A stretch of 64,000 nt of DNA, taken from contig CM082583.2 in assembly GCA_040954595.2 (NCBI GenBank), positions 5,826,849-5,890,848 of the forward strand, written 5' to 3'. The position numbers and the translations under genes are program-made. Positions 1 through 14,900 of this stretch are shown here, piece after piece (positions within the stretch are counted from its first letter, which is position 1; every line of letters starts with the position of its first letter). Source of the stretch: Balanoglossus misakiensis. Its lineage: Eukaryota; Animalia; Hemichordata. A model generated the notes under the pieces. The model saw only the letters and a program-made list of their open reading frames with translations, was not told the DNA's origin and searched no databases.

Positions 1-11
1 GATGATGATGG

Positions 12-72
<61 letters not shown>
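1..72. repeat. (GAT)n trinucleotide microsatellite, truncated by the window edge
   Basis: Near-perfect gat repeats from position 1, with one ggt variant. Confidence 0.97.
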
Positions 73-73
<1 letters not shown>

Positions 74-3000
74 GCCATTAGTGTTATGTCGCAATAACAC
101 GTCATGTATCCACGATAATTCAGAATTTTTGGCTGTTGAGTAAAACTAAAACTGGCTGGCGAACTTCTCTCTATTAAAGAAACTTCTACATTTCCTTAAC
201 AGAACTGGTGCACTTTTCTATCATACACGTATCTTTGTTCCAATATTCAAACGCACATTAAAATTCAATGTAGTAACCGGTGACTATAAAGAAGGCGTTA
301 ATTATTCAACCGAAAGAGGACGAGCAAATGCATCATACTTCTGCACCAGCGGCAAGATATCATTTACATACAGTAATACAATATAATTTGAATGTTTTAT
401 TACTGACATGGAATAATATTTTATTTGTGTCTTATGAAACTTAACTCTAAATTTAAGAACAGGGCCAGTTTCTATCCGGGAAAGGAAACAGTTTCAAGAC
501 AACGTAATTCATATATTCGTCCTTGTATACAAATATAAATTGGGAATATGAGCACTGATAATGTCGACCGACAGGGCTGTACAAATCAAGCAAAGGAGTT
601 AATACGTTATTCTTATCGCCATATGCGATCGTCAGCTGAAATTGAAAATCCATATCCACGACGCTCGGCGTCAATATTTCGCCACCGTGACACAGACAGG
701 ACTCTGAACTTTGACCTTTTTACTTATGTATGCAAGCTGGAAATATTCAGCCTTGTCGTTACGCGACCGAAATACAGAATAACGTTAGAAAATTTACAAT
801 CTTCTTGCGGAGGCTCAGGACGACGCCTTTGAAAAGCGCTACTTTCTAGTCAAGTCTTCCAGTTCGGAATCAATTTATATATAAACAGATAAAATCAGGT
901 TTTTCTGCACTAGGTTGCACACTATCAATCAATGTAAGGTAGGGTGTGTGTGTAAACATTCGACTCAGGTGTCGGACTGATATTAAATGGATAGGTTAGA
1001 GTTTGTTACGCTGCATAGGCCTATAACCGCGTGAAATAGTCACTGGGTGCGTTATTCGTGTCAAGCGAATCTAGCTTCCTTCGTTGGTTAATTGCAACTA
1101 TAGTCTGGTCTGTAAGAATTTGTACTTTTTATACGGGATAACACGATCTTTTTTCTTCAACCGTCAGAGGACACTTGCACTGTGCCTGGAGTTTCGAGTT
1201 GCATGAAGATCGCCCTCTAGAGCAATTAATAAAAGAACATTCACGTTGTGTTCTGATTGCTGTTGATAGCGTTTATGTTGTTTGTAGTATCGGACATATA
1301 TACTGTCAACAGTTGATAGATCTGCTGGTGGTTGATATTTTTTTAGCATGATCATATGGACTTTTCGCTAACTGATTGTTCATCAGTTTCTAAAGGAAAC
1401 AGCGCAAAATTATGAAACAGCATATATTATTGATCGTCTACTGATATTACCAATACATGTATATACCTTCATTATGATGTGCGTGCAGGTGTCTCCCTGT
1501 CGTCCAGTCCCAATATAATAAAATATTTATTCGCCTGCTTTACGTTACAATACATACCCAATACAACATTTATACGAATTTACTTGCACATAAAATATTT
1601 CAAGGCGAGTTAATTACATTGGTGAAGTTTGATGGCCACGTCAGGATTGGGATATGTTTTATTCATTCTTTAACATTTACTAAAAATCTGTGTTAGCCGC
1701 TCACGACACAAGGACCAGGCCATGTTTTGTCGGCATTGATGAAAAATGGACTCCCTTGCTATATATTCATATTTGCCCTAAGAAGTTGGCGTCGTATGAA
1801 TTCTTTTCGAGCCCTGACCAAAACCGATTATAGATTATAAAGGTGGTTTCTTAAGAAATGGCAATCCTTTCTGCAATGCCTATTGTGTCAGGAACGGCGC
1901 CTAATAGAATAAGCATATCCAAACCACGACAAACCAACGGGATGAATTTTTATGTTGATAAATAAACAATTATCCCCGGTATCGGTAATCACCGCAAGCA
2001 CAATTAGGTACAGAAGTTTACCGGTTGCAAGTTGTTGATAAAATTTCCCTTCACTTTTTGACTTATGGTTTTGATAAATAAACAATGAATTGTCGGTGGG
2101 TACCTCGGGGGTAGCGCGCAACCATATAAGATTACTTTCTGGATGTTGAAATTATTTACAAGGTGTTTGATCAAAGCCCTTGGGTGGTACATATAAGGCG
2201 ATTATGGATTAATCACGCCGATCTCAATATTTTGTTTCGGGTGTTTTTCCTGTAAAATGCATTTCCTCCATTTTAGCGCCTTTCCCTCAAATACTTCAAC
2301 CTGGTTGCTTAATCCCTAGTTTATCAGCTAATCTTCATTTTATCAGTGTGAAGGTAGACTTGCAGAGGAAATTCATGAATATTATTATTTTGACCTTGGA
2401 ATGTATGCCTATTTGGGGCAAAGCGGCCATAAACTCGAAGATCATACCCGGAAAACTGTAATCATGGCAACGACATTTACATTCAGGAGCATGCCAACTG
2501 TTGACAGATGTACGCAGTCGCAGAGAATAGCTATATCACAAAACCACGGTCACTACACACAAACCGTTCGTGCATTTAGGAGCAGATAAACATCAACCCA
2601 CACAAGGAATCACGAAGGACAAGTTTAATCTCACCGACACAGCGGTCATTCCTGTAAACTTTGCATGAGCTTTTAAAAATCAAATGTAGTCTCTTCACAC
2701 TTTCTTATCAAGGGTACTCATTTACCTTAAAGCTGTTAACTTTCCTCTCTGACTGGAATTGACTGCGTGGCGATTACTTGGACGTTGATGGGATTCCTTG
2801 CTGTCTAATCCAATGTATCTGCCCATCATACTCAGTTGTGCTTTTTATTGATGTTAGCATTGAGGGGGACGTGTTCAGAATGCCGAAGTATAGTCACTTA
2901 AGTGGCCGGGACGTGTCGCCGACGTGACATGCCCGACGCCATCATCAGGGGGAACGCCGTATGCTCAAGGACGGTAAGATGGCCGGCGAAGATGACAGGT

Positions 3001-5809
3001 TACTGTTAGTACAGTTGAACATGATTGGATATGATAGCTTCCTTACATAATAAAAATGTACTATCTTTAATTTATTTTTATATTCCACGTGACTGTCACA
3101 TTTTGTACAACTAATGAACTTTATCGTCGTCTGCGTACTGCTATACGTCTTCTTGGTTACTTTTACAGATACAGCATACAAATTTATCTTTAATAAATAT
3201 TTGGTACATTTTACAGATTTATCCTTAACCAATGATTGATATATTAAATGTAAATATTTATTTCATATTTATGTTGGTATTTGCAGAGCTGTGAAATAAT
3301 TAATGTACGCGGGGTGCGGTTGTTCGAGCGCATGCGTCAATTGGCGCAAACAATTAACTGACAGTCGTTTTCTGCGTGCAGCATTTGAACGGGTACACGC
3401 AACGGTAATGCGGGACTTCTCAAATATAAAATCTCTTTGCCATAACGCCATATTGTATAGCCCCGTTGAAAACAGTGTCAGTTCTGTGCGAACTACATAT
3501 ACATCCTGATGCGTGAACGGAAAAAAATCTTTCAATCCGATTCTCGTCTCAGTGAAACCATATTGCCTATCATCTAATACCTGAATTCACGTTCCTTTGT
3601 AATTCTACGGATTATTCAGCGTCGCTGATGCGATTTAATATTGGCCTGCATGTTTGCAAATACAAATCGATGTTGTATCTGTGCCACATCATTTAATAAA
3701 AAAAATCTCCTTGACACATTGACCGATCACGATTTCCGATACATTCTCAGAATTTACTAAGCAGACGTCTTATCCTCGATATCTCAGGTCTTGAGTGTGT
3801 GGCCTCGATAACATGTCTTCAACGTTCACCCACTTTAATTTACCACTCTGTCCTAGCACGGCGCAAATTATGTGTATATATATATAAGCGGGCCAGTTAA
3901 TTTGCACAGTCATCCTAGGCTTATATTTTCTACCTTCTCCATTCTTTGGCGGGTTAAGAAATGATAGAATGATTTCTTGATGTATCTCTTCTGTCACGCT
4001 TTACATGTACATCGACGTGTCAAGTAATTTAGAATGGAGAAATATTTAAAAAACTGGGGGGGGGGGGATGATTGTTATATTGAGGGTATTCACATCAGTG
4101 CTAAAGCTTCTGCTTCCGCCGAGGGCATTTTTTCATTAACTAAACATTTCATTTGAAAAATACCGCCCAATCGGATTTTTGCAAGTACATGTAAGGATAA
4201 TCTCAAAGCGTTCCGAAATACAGACGTCCCATGGTATGTATTTCGACAACAGGTACATGTATACTTGCACCCGTCGCCTATATACATGCTGGCATTGCTT
4301 AAGACTTACTATATGGCTCGCAGATTTATTGAGATATTAAACATGTCATGAGCGTATGAAATACGACCTTATTATTGTAAATGACATGTTCAAAGTTTCA
4401 GACATCTACCAAGCTTAATTTCATTTACTGTCAATATCAATGAATATGTGCTTCACTTAAAATTCGAAGCACAGTAGTCCATATCTGTAGACTCCGCAAG
4501 ATCTGTTTTCATGATCCTCCTTGATTGAAGCAAGGATCGAGTTCATTTTATCCGATTACTGGCGCAGAGGATATTAAAGGTTACTGTTTTGTCCTCCAAT
4601 GCAATAAAACAAAGTCGCCGCGGAAGGCTTGGGGCCCGGCGTCGTCGTTGCTTTTGTCATGGTATCAGGAAGGCAGCGAGACGACGAATTATTTCATGGA
4701 CTAAAAGTATGACATTTACTCAATGGTCACTTAATTTTGTCTTCATGGTTCTCGATATTATCATGCGTTAAGTAACCAATCGCATTTATATGCGTATAAA
4801 GATTATATAACGGGTTCAGATTGAAGATTATGGTTGTTTTTGTATGTAAGTCTAGAATGGGCGCTCATGCAAGCGTTGACGCATAAGTCACTGTGTCTGC
4901 TCTTAAAAAGCTGACAGATACTTATGACTTATTGTCTGCTATGTTATTCAGTGATTTGTTTCCGTGCATTCCGTCGGCGTTATCGTAGCCATCCTGCGGC
5001 TGTTTTCTGTTAAATGACTTCTCCACGTTTGACGTAATCTTTGACAAGTTAAGAAACGATCGTATCGAATTAGAAAACAAGAAATCTGTTACATTATTGT
5101 CTATATACATGCTCGAATTGATGTTTCGCAGCCAGGGATACATGGGTCCGTTAACCAATTTTCTAAAATATATTGACGTTTGGGAGGTTTGAAAACAAAA
5201 AAGGTAATGACACGTATTTCGAACCCATCTCGTAACTGCTCACATAACCCGTACTATCACCTGCGTCATTTCTCACGCTTTCAGAGGCAAACGTTTAATA
5301 CCAAAGGCGCCGACAAATAAAGAATTGCCATGGTTTCATTCTGAGATACCATATTTTTTCGTGTTGCTGAAAACGCGAAGTAGTAACATTGTTCATGAAA
5401 ATAAATATCGCACGATGACGGATGTGCAATATATTCCGTAGAACGTCTAAAGACACATGTATCTGACTTCCCTTAGCTGGCGAAGATGCCACAACCCTTT
5501 AGAAATGTTACTGATTAAAATTAATTTGAATCTACTGTATGAAAAAAGCCCCAGGGATTTTCTGGCGAAACCTTTATCACGTAGGTAAAATGTCACCATG
5601 GTTACCGTGCGCTTGAACGTGAGTTGGTAGCGAAAGCACGAATATTATTAATATTTCCTCATGTGAAAGTCTAAGAATCCGAGTTTGACCTAGAATTTAA
5701 CGAGTTAAAGTCACAATGGGCATATTACACTAACAAGCCAAATCATGTGGACATACTGTAAGCATCACTCCGTCATTTTTTAACACAGGATGAGAGAAAA
5801 TATGTAAAT

Positions 5810-6055
5810 TAACCCGTGAAAAATGACAAAATCACCAAAATTCGCAAAGTCGAGAATTTGTAATTTTTGACAATTTTCATGAGCTATAACCCATTAAAAA
5901 TGAACAAAAGACAAAATCACCAAATTCACTTGGGTTTGGCCTATAGCTCATGGAAATCTTCAAAGAGACAAATTTTCGACTTTGCGAACTTTTGACGATT
6001 TTGTCATGTTTGGAGATTTTAATTTTCATGGGTTATATATAGCTCATGGAAATTC
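5810..6055. repeat. Degenerate foldback (inverted) repeat, probably a DNA transposon/MITE remnant
   Basis: 5823-5888 (atgacaaaatcaccaaaattcgcaaagtcgagaatttg...catgagctata) is an imperfect reverse complement of 5942-6007 (tatagctcatggaaa...tttcgactttgcgaacttttgacgattttgtcat). Partial extra copies lie at about 5900-5926 and 6028-6055. Confidence 0.8.
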
Positions 6056-8787
6056 TGATTCTTTATTTATGCATGCTATCTTCAAAACAAGATCGATATT
6101 AACTTTGGTTGGAAATTGATTATTCATTTTCATGTTTTGATGGACAGCCGCTCAAAAATGTACTTTTTTCCAACTTTCACTACATCCATGAAAGGCATAG
6201 CACCTGTACATTATAATGTAGTGATGTATATTACTATTATCATTTATTAATACGTTCTCCCGGTGGGGTTAATAAATATTACCCTAAACAAAGGTATGTG
6301 TCAAAACGGCTCTCATGCTTCGAAAATCAATCAGAAATTTAAGGCCTTTCTACCTTGTGCGATCCTTTGCCCATTGAATGTGTCTAACTTCAGCCTTTTG
6401 TTTATGCACTGTCGTTGTGACGACGACGGGGACGTTTTCAATCTTGCAGAAAGGTGCGGCCGCCTCGGCAGCTGACAGCGCTCGCCATACAAGCGCCGGG
6501 GGTGCGATCTGACAAATGGCAACATTTGCAATCAATATTTCACTTCGATTTTTGGCAGGTCGGCAAAGACGCCGAATCGCATCTCCTGGGAGAAGCGCTC
6601 ACCTCGATCGGCAAAACCCCTCCGTCAGTAATGCACAACAGCTGCGGGGCAGTAATCACATTTTTCATTCCACGCAACAGTGACTTTCGTAGTGATAGAT
6701 CATACAGGTTCATGCACGTGTGAAATCATTACTCAAGATGCTGTCGTCATGACGGATGGGTCATCATGGTGCGCGTGCGCGATTGGAATGACAAGCTTTC
6801 AGTATCGGGCAATGTAAGAAGGTACTAGTATATTGCGTTCATAGCATTAATTGCAAGCGTGGTTTCCATCTTTACACATGGTGGCGATTGGTAGTTTCTT
6901 TGGCTTTTTTCTCCAAATTCGGTTTGCCTGGTAATTAATTGATGTGATTATGAACACGGATCGAGTGCTTACGCCAGTGTTTTTCTTGTGATGGTATTCA
7001 TGCTATTGGAGGTGTAATAATGAGACAAGAATGAAACAAAAATTAGACTAGTTACTTATACTTACTGGTCTCACATGCCAAGCGTCGTAGACACTGCACG
7101 ATGCCCCCCGCCCCCGTGAAAATGAAAGACCTTGCAAAAAATTTACAACGTTATTTATGCATTCGGATTACTTTTGGTGCGGTGCCTTGAAACCTCGTAA
7201 TGGGTAACACGGGATCAATTTCCAGGAAGAAATATCAAAACTGCCGGAAGACTTCAGGAAAATGGTTCCCTGTATGGGCCGTGTTGTTTCACCTTTCAAC
7301 AATTATAGCCTTTGATCTGCAATCAATCGCCACTTAAAAAGAAGACAGACAGCGGGGTATACGCAGGTACAACACGTCAGTGCTGAGGGGCAATAGTTTC
7401 AGGAATTTCAATTTGTTAGCAACAACGGCCGAACGTTAAATAAAATTGCCGAGACGGATGTCTGAGATAATATTTTTGTGTGTTTTTTCGCCCCTGGCAA
7501 TGTTGTCTGGGTAATTGCTATCGGTTGCCTAAAGCAGTTCTCGGGCATTAACTGTGTTACCTCCATAATAAGTTATGATTCCATCGATGGAATATGAATG
7601 CGCTGTCACAAACACTTAGCCGCAATAAGCAATTATTTCAGTAGTTAAAAATGAAATAGTGCGGCAGAAAAAAACAAGGTTTCTGCTAGAGGAATTTTTA
7701 ATTACGTGTTAACATCCGGGTGTGGCGAAAATCACGGCAGTTTCAAAGTGAATGAAATGCATGCTTCTGATATTTACCGTTCAGCGAGGCTACACAACCG
7801 ACACACCTGACGTGTAATAATAATCATTTTTTCCTAACATTGGCTGAAGCCCTGTAAGCTTTCACGAGACAGACTTAAAGAATGTAGGCTGACTTTCTCC
7901 GTTTTGTTTTCTTCGTGACCGTGAGTTTGAAAATACGACTGATATAAAATGTACCCAGCCTTCGAACGTGTGGGCATTATTAGCGAAATTATCCTGATTG
8001 CGCAACACGGCTTTGACAACATCGACACCTTTGAAGGCACAGTCCTTCGTTGCTTAGTAAAGGTGTTGATTAATTTCCCCTAGTGAATGTCAGACCACGT
8101 CCGTATCATTTCCGACGTGCCCACCAGTTGCAGTGTACCCCCCCCCCCCCCGCGCGCACTGGCTTTGTATCCCCCTCCCGCCTATTACAGAAGTCCTACT
8201 TCTAATTTTTGTCCACCAACACTAAAATTCCTTTTATACCAATGGGAGGTTATTGTTCGACACGTCTATACATCGCCACGGAAACGACAAAGCGTTAAGG
8301 CAACCGTCTGGATGCAAGAATAACGTAGTCCACATAAACAAACAATTTTCCCTCCTCGCATATGCACGTTTTACAACGTCTTATGTCTGGGGTTTCCATG
8401 CATACTGTACGTCAGATAGGGGGAAATGAGTAAATGTATCTCAACCAGGGTCATCAGATCTACAAATAACATCCATTTAATTTAATGCAGAAGACTGTGA
8501 CTGTGACTATACCGACGCTCGATTTCACCCCTTACCCTGTTTCATAAACGCGGTATTACAGGGTGACTGTCTTCGATGCTCAATCGCAAGGTCATTGTTT
8601 TCTGGCGAGGTGTGTTTGCAAAGCCACAAGTCAACGAACTCCATATCGCTGACGGATTTCATCACCTGCACCCTCGAGGAGATTGAACGCCATGCATTGA
8701 TTTGCATAACATTCACTCTCATTAAACAGCCATTCTCTGTGCAGACATATGTTAGAAAGGTTGTTGGCATTTAGACCACCATGAATC

Positions 8788-8982
8788 CATTCATTCATTC
8801 ATCCATCCATCCATCCATCCATCCATCCATCCATCCATCCATCCATCCATCCATCCATCCCATTCATTCATCCATTCATTCATTCATTCATTCATTCATT
8901 CATTCATTCATTCATTCATTCATTCATTCATTCATTCATTCATTCATTCATTCATTCATTCATTCATTCATTCATCCATTCA
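8788..8982. repeat. Compound (CATC)n/(CATT)n tetranucleotide microsatellite
   Basis: Directly visible. It explains the spurious HPSI/HSFI ORF at 8781-8987. Confidence 0.97.
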
Positions 8983-11900
8983 ACTAACGCTTCAATCCTG
9001 TGCGAGAGATTTTCTTTGATAATGCTGAATCGAAGTGAATAAACGAAGACAAAAGCGGACATAAATTGCAGTGTAAATCATCACAACAATAGTAGACGCT
9101 AAATATCAATATGAGAAAGGAAATTAAGGAGAGACTATAATGGAAAACGACGACCTTGCGTTGCGAAATTAAAGTTTGGCATTAGCACTTACAATGTAAT
9201 TGATTTCTGAACTTTATAAAAACATCGCTCACTGTTAAAGGCTGCACGTACAACGTGCCACCGTTGTCTGTACAATAAGAGAAAAATCAAAATCAATAAT
9301 GGCAAGTATGGATAGGTTTTTATAGATCGACAACTTCTCAGAAACGTTTTCAAGGCACAGAGAGTGAAAATATACAGCAGGCAAGGCGATGTACGTTCCT
9401 TTGGAAATTGTTCGTGATTGAATACCCCGCGGGTTATTTTGATTCTCAGTTTATACTTTCATTATTTTTATGTACTCAGATAATCTCATAGAAGAATAAA
9501 AAATCCATCATATTATGAAATAAAGAGACAAGCAGTTTTTTAAAGTGCCCTTGTTGTGTTTTCTACACCAAGTCGTTATATCACTACTCAATTTACACAA
9601 AACGGATATAATTCTACCCAGGCTTACAATGCCATATCAAGTCTTGGAAAGTACATCAAATCAACATCCGCTGGGCTAAAATCGATCTCCGGTGAACTTA
9701 TATCAGCCGCCTTCATTTATTTCGACCTGTATTCTATCTCTCATCCGACGGGAAGATGTCAGATGGGCAATTTTCACGTCTTATTCAGCGGTCTCGCGAA
9801 AACGGGAAGTAGACTTATGCGTTCTACACAAAAGGTTCTCTGGCATGACGACGTGTTTTCAAATATGCATGATGCAGAATCAGCAAATGTGTGTATACGC
9901 AGCGATAATGATGTAGGCAGCGATAATAGTGGGTAGATTTGACGCCGAGACTAAGCATGGGCATTCATTGGCCACAAAGGCTTTTCTGTCTGTCATCGCG
10001 CACCCATAATGAATTTATTCATTCCTATCAAATCTGTCTTCAGCGTATTCGGCCTTCAATTTGCCTATATTTACTACGTCTTCAGACTTGACTATACAGC
10101 TGCTTCGAATATCCGCGTTATCGTACGCGTGGCTCACTCATTACTGAACATGGAATCCCCCTAAAGACAGTAGACGGGTTCATTTTCGGGGCTTTTATAC
10201 TAGTATATCTCGGGAGTATATCACAGAATGATTGAGAATCGATCGACAAACAAGGAACACGTACAATAGGCAATCAAAAGCGTATACATACAGGTACATG
10301 TACGCGATCATACAATAAGTCTATACTCTTGGCGATCACCTTGATTACCTATAGCAGGGAGATATAACTATTTCTTCAAGGGGGCATATGGTCCAACACA
10401 TTCGCTATGGTGAAACGATTTCTAATACTGGATTAATCGCGTCGAAATCACAGCTTTGTGAAGTACCGGCCATAGTTTGGACACATATTTACACCCTAAA
10501 TCCTCGACGATTTCATGGAGGGTCGGCGGTTTGATTGTCTCAAAGCTCCCGCCATTTTCTCGCCGTCAAAGACAATTACAGTCAATTAGTAGTTAATGGC
10601 ATTGACTGCAAGCGAAGAGACCATGAGGCGTCTGTGTCATCTATCATTTGAAGCCAGTAATCTCGCTTCGCTGAACTGCAACTAATCAAGATTTCATCAA
10701 AACCATTTTCTCTTCGTAACAATCGAAGGCTCTTTCCCCCCGATGTTCACACTTTCACCTCGAAAGCATTTTTAAGAAATAACACCATAAAATGTTCCAC
10801 ATATACACTCTGCCTAAAACTAGTATTAAGTTGCTACTTTGTGTGCGGAGTCACGTAGGTTCTTCCAAATAGATGATTACGTCTAGCAACATAACCGATC
10901 GATCTTTTCTTCACAGTGTCCCGCATTGCGTTCAATGAAGATCACTCGGCAAATATGTTATCATGGATTCAAGGCGATTCTACCGTTTAGATCGATGTTT
11001 TCACAACTAAACCAGAGAAGACACCAGGATAAATGTAAACGAGGCCATTTATGCAAATTAGTATCTACAGTACCCATGGCGGGTGGATGGATAGATAGAT
11101 AGATAGATAGACCTACAGACAGATATATACACATATTCTAATCTTACAGCATGCATTTTGGTTTCAAGCGTACAGCAGCCGCGGGTAAAATGCAATCTCA
11201 TTGGCTGATGTAAAGCGCGAGGTTTGAACGCGACCTTCCAACGGAAGGTGGTCAGATGTATAGACAGGCGACAACAGCAGACGAGAACAGCAAGAAACCA
11301 ACAAAGGTAATCACGAAGCCTTCATCTCTACAGCTGATTTTATTCAGGTTGACAGAAATGCCTACTGCGACTGACTTTTCGGAGCAGTGCGACGGTACTA
11401 TAGCACTTTCAAACCATGCCGGCATGATCAGTTTTGCAATTTCCCAAGCAGCCGAGAGCGAATTAAGTATGCCAAAGCGCGATTGGAATACTGCTTTTAT
11501 ACATGTCAGGCCTATTTTTATAATTGCATTGTTGGACTACGGTGGCTTGTAAACGCATCAAACACACCATATATGTCAATTGTACGTTTAATATCAGTCC
11601 CAGCAAGCTATACGGTTCGCGTATACAACGACAGTGTAAGATTTATGAAAGTAAAAGAAAGTTAGTATCTTCATATGCATGTGTCTGCCTGAATCTTTCA
11701 GTCAGTCTAATTTCCATGTATCTCACGAAAGAAGAATATTTCGATTAGGAGACAATGGGCGGAGTACTTTGAAAGGCTGTAATTATGAACATTTGTTAGC
11801 GGCGCAATAAGCAGCGGTTCATTAAAATCTGATTTAATGCGTGCGATCATGTGACGAATGCGAACATAACCCACAGAATCGTGTCGATCGGATGCAGATA

Positions 11901-14900
11901 TATACAGGCATTGCCACCGTGCGCGCTCTTATTAAATGTCGTGAGCATGACTTTCAATTCTTGAGAGCTTTTGCGTAAATAATATCATAAAGTGAACTGT
12001 GTCTTTGTGAAATTAATTTAACGGAACAGATTTCGATGATAGACTCGTGTCAAGTGCGTGATTAAATCAGAATTTTCGCGGTTCAAGTTCTCCTATAACC
12101 GATAAAAACACACACGCTGCGGCGTCGAGTATACAAGTGACAGTTACGTGGTTTGACATTTCCAATCAGGCCAGAACGCGTCACCTTCGCCGGTGCCTTA
12201 TCAGACTTTGCGAACAGCACCGATTTACACGGTAAGTAGCCGAATTAAACCCACAGATACATATACACATAATAAAACACAGGACATTTAATGATAGATA
12301 ACGCCAGGAAAAGCGGATCAGTCGGTTTGCGCGTTTTAATACTATCGGTGGGGGAAACATCAACATATTTTAGCAGCTAAAGGACGATTAGCCATTTTTG
12401 ATTTATAAACCGATTCGTTTCTCTACATTCATAATCTAGTAATCGTTGCTAGGCGTCTATATGATGCAACATATCCCATGCCCCCTAGGCCTCTGAAATA
12501 TTTAAAATTCGAGATTAACGTATTACACTGTGCCGGACAGGAAACGGAATTACTGGGAGAACATACTCAATTATGCATTTATGCTGTGTGGTAATAACTT
12601 GGAAAATGTCATGGAACTATACATGTAGTTTATAACGCAATCTCTTGGGTGTAAAGTGTGTGTTTATGTTTTTGAATTGAATTGAAACAAGTTGTGTTGC
12701 ATGCATTGAATATTTAATGTGAGATCATGAAGTTATGATAATTACATAACACGGGATATGTTATGGGACATGCCAAGTGTCCCCTGTTAGTAATTCTTTA
12801 ATTAATGGGGTTTATTCCACCTTTCTCTCTGGTTCTTTCTTTAGTGTGCGTCTGGTGCCATCGACATTAGCTGTATTCCCCATAACGTGATAATGACCAG
12901 GGATGGGACTGGGCTATTTCATAGCACTCTTCGATGCAGTCAACCAAACGCTAATAGAAGTCTACTGTATAACATACACGTCTTATTTTTCAGGCAACGA
13001 ATACAATTATGTACATCTGGGACGACGATACCTTGGTAGGTCGGTGCACCCCCGAACACGGGCTCGATCAATACCTACTGCTTTCAATATTTAATGTCCA
13101 TTTTTGCGATCCCAGCTTGCCCGAATAATAAAGATAGTTTACTTTTATTGCTCTGCATCATCTCCGCGGGGGTCCGTGGCCCATTAGTAATCATTGTCTC
13201 CAGTTGAATATAACTGCGTCATCATGTCACCATCAATTACCGTGGCACATTAAAATGATGTACGGCGCATTTAAGTGCATCCCTTGAAAATGAATTTGAA
13301 ATTGGATGTACGATTATTTATTCTGATTATTCCGACTACTGAAGCTAGTGTCTGCTAATCGATGTACCTGACGTTAATGTAAATTATAAATGGAACCTGC
13401 CCTGGGTCTGCCGATCGACTAATCGCCAAGCCGACAGCTATTTAGCTTGGATTGCGATCACCGCTAGGTGAAACCATTCAAGAACGTTGGCGGTCTGTGG
13501 ACACCACTCAATTTGGTCGCCGGCAAAGCGTTTATTTTTTACCGACTTCGGCACTACAGAAAATGTATCGCGCGAAAGCAATCTCTCTCGACAAATTTGT
13601 CCGCCGCGAGGCTTTCACACAGAATCACGTTTCAAGTGTGTTTGTCCCTCTGTCGTCAAGAGTTCATTCTCTACAACCTATACAAATAAGATGTCTGCGA
13701 GTTTTTTTTTCTTTCCAGAATAAACATAAATATCGCGTTAATTTTGCAAGAGTCGTTTCACCGTTTCCCTCGCAAGGAACACCCGATCTCAAACAAGAAG
13801 CGATTTGTCAAAGCTTTGGTTTTGACCATCGGAAATCCAACTGAAGAATATGTTTCGTGCACATTTTTTTCAAATTATACTCAGGCCGCCCTTACGTGTA
13901 CATGTAAGTGTTGTAGTTTTGACTGAATTTTATAGGTTTGAAAGGAAGTGACATTTAAACAAGTAATTTAAGAGAAATGGCTTCGTGTGGTGTACTCGTC
14001 ATATGTAGGTTAACGCTGTTTATAACAGATTTGATTTATTCGTGTTGAGGTACCAGATGGTGTTCATGAAAACAAATCTGCAATATTACTGTCGCATGCT
14101 CTGGTGTGCATACATTCAGTCGTAATATGATGGAATCTACGCCATGGGGTATAGTGACTGGTTTTCCGAAATTGTAATCGAAAGAAAAAATCGAAGTTAA
14201 ATGCCACGGTTGACGAGCCGACAGATTCTACCACCTTCCCTGCACAGTTGAAGATCTCAGCGCATGCGTAGTCTGACCGTCAACCTCACCCATGACGTGT
14301 GATATCAGTTTTTTCTCGCTCTCTCTCTCCAGTAAACAAGATTAAAACACACGCTTATGGCGTTCAAGAAATTGTCATCACAGCCTCTAAGGTAAAAACA
14401 CTAGAAACGGAGGAATTTGCTGTTCTATGAATGCACAGGTATTAATCACCCCTTGAGCTGTTGCGGTGTAATGGCCAGTTTCTGATCAGCCGGCTTTTAG
14501 AACAGCGAAATTATCACACCCCGTTGGCTCTTTGTGAGCGATTCATATTTTTTTTCTCAGTCGCCTTGCATGATTTGCGGTTTGCAAATCTCAACAAAAC
14601 TACACCTTCAGCGGATTTAAACGAAATCTGAACGTTATCACGTACGAATAAGTACATTTCTCTAGCAAATACACGAATTGCCGTTCTTAACTTGGTGTTT
14701 TCACGGGGTGTAAGATCCCTTTATATATATTAATATTTTACATGATACGTCACTGATTGTAGTTGTTGAATGGCTGTTTAGACACAGTAGAAATGTAGGT
14801 CTAACTGCCCGGATGACTACAAAGGAGAAAATGAGGGGAACGAACGACAATGGTACACAGAAATGTTAGAAGAGAGCGGAAAAAGTACTTGTCCGTCTGC

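Noticed and set aside
8781-8987. His/Ser/Ile repeat protein ORF
   Set aside because: Translation of a tetranucleotide microsatellite.
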